DNA of 64,000 nucleotides from Candidatus Kaiserbacteria bacterium CG10_big_fil_rev_8_21_14_0_10_47_16 (GTDB taxonomy: Bacteria > Patescibacteriota > Minisyncoccia > Phycocordibacterales > UBA918), in assembly GCA_002773395.1 (NCBI GenBank), contig PFBI01000006.1:156657-220656 (forward strand), given 5' to 3'. Made by a program: the position numbers and the translations under genes. The notes under the pieces are model-generated. The model did not search any database. It was not told the DNA's origin and saw only the letters and a program-made list of their open reading frames with translations. Positions 1-10,762 of this stretch are shown here, one piece after another. Position 1 is the stretch's first letter; every line of letters begins with the position of its first letter.

Positions 1-524
1 TTACGAATTTTATGTGCATCCCATGCATCTTGGAGCGTTGTGAAAGAGGTCGGGTTTGCTGACTTCAACTTTTCGCCAATTGTTGCGCCAGGGAACCCAG
101 CGCCTTCAAGTGTATCCTCAAGAAGAATGTCCGCTTCAATAATTGCAAGTCGCCAATCGTTTGGATTCTGTGATGCAACATGCGTCATCACTTCTTGCCA
201 TCGCACATTCGTACCTGTCTTCGAACCACCTCCATGAAGTTCATCCCATCGTTTTTCTCCTTCCTCAATTTGCGCATCCAAAATTTCACCAAGTTGGCCG
301 TATCGAATCTTTGCATAAATAAATCCTGCGAAAAAGAGGAGCGCGAGTGCAATAGCAATAATCGAATAGACTTGCCAAAAGTGACCAAGGAAAGTCAAAA
401 ATGACGAAAATCCGCCGGCGCTTGAAAGCGTATCGCCTCGGAAAAACGCAGTGACGCGCTCTACAATACCCACGATATCGAGTCCGCGGGTTTGATAGAT
501 GATGTCGTTGTCATCAGGAACCAT
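1..524 (-). CDS. hypothetical membrane-anchored protein, 5'-partial in window (runs off the left edge)
   Basis: Hand translation of the minus strand gives an open frame from an ATG at 522-524 (20 nt after the gatA stop, same frame) to position 1 with no stop: MVPDDNDIIYQTRGLDIVGIVERV...VYSIIAIALALLFFAGFIYA (one TM)...LQDAWDAHKIR. It is absent from the ORF track because it has no stop in the window. Confidence 0.45.
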   Translation of the reverse strand, partial: MVPDDNDIIYQTRGLDIVGIVERVTAFFRGDTLSSAGGFSSFLTFLGHFWQVYSIIAIALALLFFAGFIYAKIRYGQLGEILDAQIEEGEKRWDELHGGGSKTGTNVRWQEVMTHVASQNPNDWRLAIIEADILLEDTLEGAGFPGATIGEKLKSANPTSFTTLQDAWDAHKIR

Positions 525-542
525 ACTGGATAAGTTGAGGAC

Positions 543-1952
543 CTACAGCTCTCCATTCATCTTTTTACCAAAATCGAAGAGACGCGCGTCGCCCGCGTGC
601 GGTCCAATACATTGTACCCCAACCGGTAGGAGAACACCGTCACGATCTACTGTGCCTGCGGGGATAGAGAGCGCAGGAACACCAGTCAGGTTTGCGGGTA
701 CCGTGAAGATGTCTGCAAGGTACATCGAGAGTGGGTCACTCTTCTCGCCAATTTTAAATGCAGGTACCGGAGACGTTGGTGTGAGAAGAATATCGACATC
801 TTTAAATACCGCATCGAGTTCATCACGCATCATCTCACGCACTTGTTCTGCTTTGCCATAGTATGAATCGTAGTATCCCGCGGAGAGCACGTACGTACCG
901 AGCAAGATGCGACGCTTCACTTCTTCACCAAACCCTTGCGCACGCGTTAGCATGTAGTCATCGAGTAAATCAGCGCCGTCAACATGGAGGCCATACCGCA
1001 CGCCGTCAAATCGTCCGAGGTTCGAAGATACTTCTGCTGGCATCACGATGTAATACGCAGCAAGCCCTTTTTCCATAAGTGGAAGTGTTACATCAACAAT
1101 TTCATGACCAGCTTCTTTTAGTTTTGTGAGCGTTGATTCAAATACCGCAGAGACATCCGCATCAATACCTGTACCGAGAAAGTCTCGGGGTACTCCAATA
1201 CGGTACGTATCCTTAAGCGGTACAAGTGGGTATGTGTCAGCGTTAATTGTCGTTGCATCGAGAGGATCTTTCCCGGAAATGATGTTGTGAATTATTTCAG
1301 CATCAGCGACTGTGTTTGTGAGCGGACCTGCTTGATCGAGTGATGAGCCCATCGCGATAAGGCCCGAACGCGAGACACTTCCGTACGTCGGCTTATACCC
1401 CACAACACCGCAGAAGCTTGCCGGCTGTCGCACCGAACCACCTGTGTCAGTACCGAGCGCAGCGACCGCAGCACCCATCGCAACAGCAGCTGCCGATCCT
1501 CCTGATGATCCGCCGGGTACTCGAGATTCATCGACAGGATTTCGGGTAATACCAAACGCAGAACTCTCTGTTGAAGAACCCATGGCGAACTCATCCATAT
1601 TGGTAGCTCCTACAAAGAGTGCGCCTGCTTCCTTTAGTTTCGTAATAACAGTTGCATCGTATGTCGCGACATAATGTTCAAGCATCTTTGATGACGCAGT
1701 TGCTCGCTTCCCTTCAATTAAAATATTTGTCTTAATCGCAATCGGCATACCAAGGAGGGCTGGCGCATTTTCACCTTCTGTCTTGTAGCGCGCAGTCGCT
1801 TCTTCCGCAGACGCCATTGCATCGTCAAACACATCGACGAATGCGTTGATCGTTCCGTCACGTTCATCAATAACTTTTTGTATATCAGTAAGAGCGTCTA
1901 CTGGTGTGTAGCTCCCCTCAACAAATTTCTTTCGTAATTCTGAAATCGTCAT
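543..1952 (-). CDS. gatA: Glu-tRNA(Gln)/Asp-tRNA(Asn) amidotransferase subunit A (amidase signature family)
   Basis: 469 aa. Amidase-signature G/S-rich block GGSSGGSAAAVA...GTDTGGSVRQPA; its length and its position just downstream of gatC are typical. Confidence 0.9.
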   Translation of the reverse strand: MTISELRKKFVEGSYTPVDALTDIQKVIDERDGTINAFVDVFDDAMASAEEATARYKTEGENAPALLGMPIAIKTNILIEGKRATASSKMLEHYVATYDATVITKLKEAGALFVGATNMDEFAMGSSTESSAFGITRNPVDESRVPGGSSGGSAAAVAMGAAVAALGTDTGGSVRQPASFCGVVGYKPTYGSVSRSGLIAMGSSLDQAGPLTNTVADAEIIHNIISGKDPLDATTINADTYPLVPLKDTYRIGVPRDFLGTGIDADVSAVFESTLTKLKEAGHEIVDVTLPLMEKGLAAYYIVMPAEVSSNLGRFDGVRYGLHVDGADLLDDYMLTRAQGFGEEVKRRILLGTYVLSAGYYDSYYGKAEQVREMMRDELDAVFKDVDILLTPTSPVPAFKIGEKSDPLSMYLADIFTVPANLTGVPALSIPAGTVDRDGVLLPVGVQCIGPHAGDARLFDFGKKMNGEL

Positions 1953-1956
1953 ACTA

Positions 1957-2247
1957 TTATTTTCGCTCTCCCAAAATTTTCTTTACCTCTACATACTGCC
2001 CCTTCCGGACCGGCGCAGCTGCAAGGATACGTTCAGTGTATTCCCCCGGCTCATGATTTGGCACATCCTCTCGCATCACGTTATACAACGCACCAATTTC
2101 CTTTGGCTTTTCGGTTGCCGTGATGTCACCAATGGCACTCACGTATCCAAGAATATCAGTAATATTTTCTGCAAGATGGTCCTGCTCAGACTCCGTAAGT
2201 TTGATGCGCGCGAGGGTCGCGAGATGTGCGATATCTTCTCGTTTCAT
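1957..2247 (-). CDS. gatC: Glu-tRNA(Gln) amidotransferase subunit C
   Basis: 96 aa. Typical GatC N-terminus (MKREDIAHLATLARIKLTESE); 4-nt gap to gatA. Confidence 0.8.
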   Translation of the reverse strand: MKREDIAHLATLARIKLTESEQDHLAENITDILGYVSAIGDITATEKPKEIGALYNVMREDVPNHEPGEYTERILAAAPVRKGQYVEVKKILGERK

Positions 2248-2273
2248 ATGATGGCTATACTAGCATACACAGG

Positions 2274-5551
<3,278 letters not shown>

Positions 5552-5651
5552 TATGCGCCCATAGTGGCATAAATGGCCGAATAGGTAAATGTGTGGTATA
5601 TTCATCGCACTACACCAACCGCCCACACAGGGCGTTTTCCACTTTTGACCT

Positions 5652-7151
5652 ATGGCAAAGAAAGCAACCCCACAACCGCATATTACGAAGCGCCCACCCG
5701 TAGTAGTTATCATGGGACACATCGATCACGGCAAATCGACGCTCCTTGACTACATCCGTAAATCAAACGTCGTAGCAGGCGAAGCAGGCGGTATTACCCA
5801 ACACCTCTCAGCCTACGTTGTAGAGCACACCCCAAAGGAAGGTGAGCCTGAAACCATCACATTCCTCGATACCCCAGGACATGAAGCATTCCAAAAGATG
5901 CGTCTTCGTGGTGCCGACGTCGCCGATATCGCAATTCTCATTGTATCTGCAGAAGATGGCGTAAAGCCGCAAACACTCGAAGCCCTCGAGAGTATCAAGC
6001 AAGCAGAGATTCCATATGTCGTTGCAATAAATAAAATCGACCTCCCGAATGCAAACCTCGTCCGTACCCAATCATCACTCATCGAAAACGAAATCTATAT
6101 TGAAGGTATGGGTGGTGATATCCCATGGGTTGCCCTCTCTGCAAAGAGCGGTGAAGGCGTAGACGAGCTTCTCGATCTTGTGCTCCTCTCTGCAGAACTC
6201 GCAGAGCTGAAGGGCGATACCAATGCACCTGCAGAAGGTACCGTCATTGAAGGGCACCTCGATACCAAGCGCGGAACAACTGCAACACTCATCATTAAAA
6301 ACGGAACATTGAAGTCTGGTTCGTTTGCAGTTTCTGGAAAAACATTTGCACCAGTGCGCATCATGGAGAATTTCCTCGGAAAGACCATCAAAGAAGCAAG
6401 CCTCTCAGAACCAATCGGAATCGTAGGATGGAACGAAGTCCCTGAAGTGGGTGCATCTTTTTATACTGTAGGATCAAAGAAGGAAGCTGAAGTCGTTATT
6501 GCGGAAGCGTTGCTTAAAGAAACGATCCCTACACCAACACGATCAAGCCTTCCTACTATCCCACTCCTCATCAAGGCAGACGTGCTCGGTACACTCGACG
6601 CTATTGAACACGAACTCGATAAATTTACATCGGACCGAATCGCGGTACGTATTATTGATTCCGGTGTCGGTGACGTCACAGCGAGCGACGTACAAAACGT
6701 AAGCGCGACGAAGGATGCCATTATTGTTGGATTCAACGTAAAGATTGAACGCGCTGCGCAAGATCTTGCAGAACGACTCGGTGTTGAGATTGATACATTT
6801 GATATTATTTACGAACTTTCTGAGTGGCTCAACACCGCACTCAAGAATCGAACTCCAAAGCAAGAAGAGGAGCAAGTGACCGGACGCGCAAAAATCCTCA
6901 AGCACTTCAGTAGTCAAAAGAATGCTCACGTACTCGGTGGTCGTGCTGAAGAAGGAAGTCTCTCACGTGGACAACATGTACGTATACTCCGTCGTGATCT
7001 AGAAATTGGTCGAGGTGTCCTCAAGAACCTCCAGCAGCAGAAGTCTGACGTCCCTAAGGTGGAGACAGGAGAGTTTGGTATGCAGCTTGATTCACGAACT
7101 GAAGTTGCTGCCGGTGATTATATCGAGGCCTATACGACGGTTGTAACCTAA
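5652..7151 (+). CDS. infB: translation initiation factor IF-2 (short form lacking the N-terminal domains)
   Basis: G-domain motifs GHIDHGKST, DTPGH, NKID, followed by the beta-barrel and C-terminal domains. Only 499 aa. Confidence 0.85.
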   Translation: MAKKATPQPHITKRPPVVVIMGHIDHGKSTLLDYIRKSNVVAGEAGGITQHLSAYVVEHTPKEGEPETITFLDTPGHEAFQKMRLRGADVADIAILIVSAEDGVKPQTLEALESIKQAEIPYVVAINKIDLPNANLVRTQSSLIENEIYIEGMGGDIPWVALSAKSGEGVDELLDLVLLSAELAELKGDTNAPAEGTVIEGHLDTKRGTTATLIIKNGTLKSGSFAVSGKTFAPVRIMENFLGKTIKEASLSEPIGIVGWNEVPEVGASFYTVGSKKEAEVVIAEALLKETIPTPTRSSLPTIPLLIKADVLGTLDAIEHELDKFTSDRIAVRIIDSGVGDVTASDVQNVSATKDAIIVGFNVKIERAAQDLAERLGVEIDTFDIIYELSEWLNTALKNRTPKQEEEQVTGRAKILKHFSSQKNAHVLGGRAEEGSLSRGQHVRILRRDLEIGRGVLKNLQQQKSDVPKVETGEFGMQLDSRTEVAAGDYIEAYTTVVT

Positions 7152-7159
7152 ACATTTTC

Positions 7160-7504
7160 ATGCCCGATTTTGACCGACATGATCGTATCAATTCAATTCT
7201 CGCAACGCTTGCTGCTGAGTTTATTCGAGTTGAGGCAAACAGTAATCCTCTCATTACGGTAACCCACGTAACTATTTCTCCTGACTATCGCCGCACCACT
7301 ATTGGCTTCACGACCATTCCTGAAGATAAACAGGACGACGCCCTGATTTTTCTAAAGCGAAATGCATCTGAGTTCAGAAATTATATTAAAAAACACGCTC
7401 ACCTGAAGTTTATCCCCCACATTGAATTTGCGATTGATTACGGAGAACGCCACCGCCAACACATAGACGATGTGGTGAGAGATATTGAAGAGGGTAAAAA
7501 ATAA
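7160..7504 (+). CDS. rbfA: ribosome-binding factor A
   Basis: 114 aa immediately after infB (conserved infB-rbfA order); KH-like RbfA pattern (RINSILATLAAEF...VTHVTISPD). Confidence 0.8.
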   Translation: MPDFDRHDRINSILATLAAEFIRVEANSNPLITVTHVTISPDYRRTTIGFTTIPEDKQDDALIFLKRNASEFRNYIKKHAHLKFIPHIEFAIDYGERHRQHIDDVVRDIEEGKK

Positions 7505-7549
7505 TAATACAATCCTACGCCACAGGCGTAGGATTGTATTATTATTTTT
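7503..7549 (+). terminator. rho-independent terminator after rbfA
   Basis: Perfect long stem aatacaatcctacgcc/ggcgtaggattgtatt followed by a T-run. Confidence 0.7.
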
Positions 7550-7741
7550 GTGCGCGGGAGAGGACTTGATTCTTACAGAATCTGTTCAGGCTGCACCACA
7601 AGAGTACTTTGATTTTCTAAAACGCAAGCGTTAAGAAAATCTGGTCGTATGATATTTTTCATACCTCAAAATATCGACAACCTTTTCAAGTCCTCTCCAT
7701 ACAAAGAAACACCAGAGAGACTCTGGTGTTTCTTTACTTTG

Positions 7742-7823
7742 TGCGCGGGAGAGGACTTGAACCTCCACGGATTACTCCACCAGTTCCTAAGACTGGCGCG
7801 GCTACCAATTACGCCACCCGCGC
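7742..7823 (-). tRNA. tRNA-Leu (anticodon TAG), type II with long variable arm
   Basis: Manual cloverleaf on the reverse complement: acceptor GCGCGGG/CCCGCGC, anticodon loop CTTAGGA, long variable arm, T-loop TTCAAGT. Confidence 0.8.
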
Positions 7824-8009
7824 ATATTTGTGACCGGTGCAGAATATCATGATATGCGAGTATCGTCACGGGTTTTGTGTATGTCATCACGAGTCACTAA
7901 GTCGCTACGCTCATAAGTGCTGGCGATCCCGCCTCGTCTGTGGCAAAGCCGCATGACTCCGGCTCGGACAAGCTAAAATCCTGACGCAGGTCAGGATTTT
8001 AAACGCTTG

Positions 8010-8082
8010 TCCGCCCACTAGGACTCGAACCTAGGACCGTCTCGTTAAGAGCGAGCTGCTCTACCAACTGAGCTATGGGCGG
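8010..8082 (-). tRNA. tRNA-Lys (anticodon CTT)
   Basis: Reverse complement folds as CCGCCCA-TA-GCTC AGTTGGTA GAGC-A-GCTCG CTCTTAA CGAGA...CTAGG TTCGAGT CCTAG TGGGCGG A. Confidence 0.8.
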
Positions 8083-8221
8083 GACTGTACCATTGTGACT
8101 GCACTGTGCAGTCTGAGGAGTGCTCTTAATGTTAAGAGCGGTAGATGAGTCTAGTAGACTCATCTACCTCCACCACCTCCGCTATGGGCGGATGTAGGTC
8201 AGAGTGTACTAAATTACACCA

Positions 8222-8305
8222 CCGAAAACAAGCTATATAGTGTGTCTGGGGCGGGGATCGAACCCGCACGGTCTTGCGACCACGAAATTTTAAGTCTCGC
8301 GCGGC
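8222..8305 (-). tRNA. tRNA-Leu (anticodon TAA), type II
   Basis: Reverse complement: acceptor GTCTGGG/CCCAGAC, anticodon loop CTTAAAA, long variable arm TGGTCGCAAGACCGT, T-loop TTCGATC. Confidence 0.8.
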
Positions 8306-8397
8306 TACCAATTACGCCACCCAGACATGCCGAGCATCATATCATATTTCACTTGGTTATGACTCCAATGGATGATAAAGTAATCCTTGTCACAAAC

Positions 8398-8469
8398 GGC
8401 CAGGTGGCGAAGTGGTAACGCTTCGGTTTGCAAAACCGACATGCACGGGTTCGAACCCCGTCCTGGCCT
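8398..8469 (+). tRNA. tRNA-Cys (anticodon GCA)
   Basis: GGCCAGG-TG-GCG AAGTGGTAA CGC-T-TCGGT TTGCAAA ACCGA...ACGGG TTCGAAC CCCGT CCTGGCC T. CCA is not encoded. Confidence 0.8.
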
Positions 8470-8535
8470 CAAACGAAACGGAGTGAAGTGCAGAGGTCAG
8501 GACAAAAGCGACAACAGTCGCTTTTGTTGAGGTTC

Positions 8536-8616
8536 GAACGGCGGAGCGATGTTTTGGCTATTTCTAATGCCAAAACCGCGAGCCGCGTCCAGCATTCTTA
8601 TGAACGTAGTGAATTA
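8536..8616 (+). ncRNA. conserved ~80-nt hairpin element downstream of tRNA-Cys (copy 1 of 2)
   Basis: cggagcgatgttttggctatttctaatgccaaaaccgcgagccg...cttatgaacgtagtgaattag. It is near-identical to 56216-56300. The stem gttttggc/gccaaaac becomes gtttcggc/gccgaaac in copy 2 (compensatory change). Confidence 0.4.
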
Positions 8617-8682
8617 GAAAAAGCGGGACGAACCCCGTCCTGGCCTCAAACGAAAAACTGCCAGTATACTGGCAGTTTTTTG

Positions 8683-9729
8683 TTATCTTTTTATTGAAAG
8701 CCGATTCTTTTTGAATTGCTCTAATTTCTTCTTATGATTGTTCTTAATCAAACGCTTTTTTACAACCTGTGGAAGTGCATCAAACGTCATACATGTGTAT
8801 GAACAATACCCTTTCTTCTTTTCGATACATGCGGAACATCCGATAAACAAGACGTGGCACGCCTGATTTTTGCAGTGGTGATGCGTATCACACTTCTCCT
8901 TCTTGCAAAGATGGCACGTTGCAATAATGTCATTCCCTATCCGTTCCCCAAGTCGCTCATCGAAAACAAAGTTTTTCCCGAGAAACTTATTTGACAATCC
9001 TTCCCGCTGTACTTGGTGCGCGTAGTCGATGATTCCGCCGCGGAGGTGCCGTACGTTTTCAAATCCATTATGCTTCAGCCACGCACTTGCCTTCTCGCAT
9101 CGTATCCCGCCAGTACAATACAGTGCAATCTTTTTATTTTTATGAATCCTGAGTAACTCTGGAGCAATACTGAGTTCCTCACGGAAAGTGTCCACATCAG
9201 GAGTAATCGCATTCTCAAAATGTCCGATCTCGCTTTCGTACGCATTACGCATATCGACAACGACTGCATCAGGATCTTCAATATACGCATTCATCTCACG
9301 AGCGGTGAGATAGTCGCCCGTGTTTGTCACATCAAACGAACGGTCGTCGAGTCCATCAGCCACGATCTTATTTCGGACTTTGATAGTGAGTTTATAGAAC
9401 GAAATAATATCCGCCTCTTCCACTGCAATCTTATAGGGCATGCCGCGGAGTTCTGGGCGGGATTGTACAAACGCATCAAACTGATCCCAGTGCTCAGTTG
9501 GTACGTTCATTTGGGCGTTAATGCCTTCGTGCGCCACATAAATACGCCCCAAGCAGCCAAGTGCCTCGAACCGCTCATAAAGCTCGTCTCGAAACGCTAC
9601 AGGGTCTGCAATGTGTACATACCGGTAAAACGAGAGTGTGGTACGAGAAATAGCTTCACGAATGGCTCGCTCTTTTCGTTCTTTCCGAGAAAGAAACCGT
9701 TGTGGGTTATGATCTATTTTTATATCCAT
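8683..9729 (-). CDS. trhO: rhodanese-domain tRNA uridine(34) hydroxylase (YceA/UPF0176 family)
   Basis: Rhodanese active-site Cys in CTGGIRCEKASAWL plus a C-terminal Cys-rich tail. I place the start at MDIKIDHNP (ATG 9727-9729) rather than the track's 9777. Confidence 0.7.
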   Translation of the reverse strand: MDIKIDHNPQRFLSRKERKERAIREAISRTTLSFYRYVHIADPVAFRDELYERFEALGCLGRIYVAHEGINAQMNVPTEHWDQFDAFVQSRPELRGMPYKIAVEEADIISFYKLTIKVRNKIVADGLDDRSFDVTNTGDYLTAREMNAYIEDPDAVVVDMRNAYESEIGHFENAITPDVDTFREELSIAPELLRIHKNKKIALYCTGGIRCEKASAWLKHNGFENVRHLRGGIIDYAHQVQREGLSNKFLGKNFVFDERLGERIGNDIIATCHLCKKEKCDTHHHCKNQACHVLFIGCSACIEKKKGYCSYTCMTFDALPQVVKKRLIKNNHKKKLEQFKKNRLSIKR

Positions 9730-9812
9730 TCTTCTGTGACAGCCATCATACCGCACAGCGGTACTTGTGCAACACAAAACGGCCCTTGCGGGCCGTTTTG
9801 TGTTCTAGCTCT

Positions 9813-10115
9813 TTAGAGTGATTGTTGTGAACCACTAATCGGTATACCGAAGGTTCCAGCTGCAATCATGAGAATGGTATATGCCGAAACCATGATGAGT
9901 AGACCGATAACACCGTAGAGCATATGCTGCCGCCCTTTACTCTGCGCGCCGTCATTACCAGCATTGGCAATGAATTCAAATGCGCCCCACAGAAAAACGA
10001 GTAGTGCGACCGCGAGCATGAGTGTCATGAGCGGAAACAATATAACGTCGTTTATTTTTGCAAGGATCGACTGTGCAGCGGCTGTTGCCGATGCACTGTC
10101 AGCATACGCGATCAT
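9813..10115 (-). CDS. TrbC/VirB2-like T4SS-pilin-family small membrane protein (paralog 1)
   Basis: 100 aa; two hydrophobic helices separated by a short basic loop (...FLWGAFEFIANAGNDGAQSKGRQHMLYGVIGLLIMV...). Same architecture as the ORFs at 10122, 13185 and 13496. Confidence 0.55.
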   Translation of the reverse strand: MIAYADSASATAAAQSILAKINDVILFPLMTLMLAVALLVFLWGAFEFIANAGNDGAQSKGRQHMLYGVIGLLIMVSAYTILMIAAGTFGIPISGSQQSL

Positions 10116-10121
10116 AGGCGT

Positions 10122-10499
10122 TTAGTTGTTCGTGAGGTTTACGTTTGGAATACCTTGGATGTCTTGTTGGTTAAGACCGAGACCAGATGAGAGAAGGTTT
10201 ACAATTCCCCATACTGATACCATGATCACGAAACCTGCAATACCCCAAATCATGTAATCGCGTCCTTTTTCTTTTGCTGTTTCAGAATCACGTGAAAAGA
10301 TAAAGTATGTTGCAACTCCCCAAATGAAGAGAAGGAATGCAATTGCGAAGATGAGCGGTACAAGCGTGAAGTTAATGAAGGTTACAATGTTTGTAAAAAA
10401 CACCGTTACTCCATTAAAGTTTCCTGGGCTTGTCTGCGCAAACGCAGCTACCGCTGGGAAAAAACTGGCGAATGGAAGGGCTCGAGCTAAAAATTTCAT
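10122..10499 (-). CDS. TrbC/VirB2-like T4SS-pilin-family small membrane protein (paralog 2, with signal peptide)
   Basis: 125 aa; signal peptide MKFLARALPFASFFPAVAAFAQ, then TM1, loop SRDSETAKEKGRDYMIWG, TM2. Lies 6 nt upstream of paralog 1. Confidence 0.55.
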   Translation of the reverse strand: MKFLARALPFASFFPAVAAFAQTSPGNFNGVTVFFTNIVTFINFTLVPLIFAIAFLLFIWGVATYFIFSRDSETAKEKGRDYMIWGIAGFVIMVSVWGIVNLLSSGLGLNQQDIQGIPNVNLTNN

Positions 10500-10762
10500 A
10501 TATCGTTACAATTATTAATTAACTTCCTCTAATTATAGCTAAATTAGGCCTTTACAGTATAGCATCTGTGGATTACGGCCTTCCTCTTTCGGATATACGC
10601 CGTATATTGACTTTTTGACATATAAATGCTATAATATATACAGAGTCGGGGGTGGGTGAATCCACAAAAATTCCCCACTTCTCCTACATCATCAACCATT
10701 CGGACGCGGTAATAACCGCGCTCTGCGCGGTTCCCCGTCCTTTGACAAGAGGTACAAAGATC

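Noticed and set aside
5552-5722. 57-aa N-terminal extension of the cysteine desulfurase ORF
   Set aside because: It overlaps the infB start and promoter region on the other strand. The conserved aminotransferase N-terminus begins at the internal Met (ATG 5549-5551).
8186-8196. 11-nt match (gctatgggcgg) to the tRNA-Lys 5' end in the Lys/Leu spacer
   Set aside because: It is too short to distinguish from chance. It is flanked by palindromes (gactgcactgtgcagtc; gtagatgagtctagtagactcatctac) that are probably processing or terminator structures.
8428-8697. 89-aa plus-strand ORF spanning tRNA-Cys and its downstream repeat
   Set aside because: It lies over a tRNA gene and a non-coding repeat or hairpin region, so it is an artefact.
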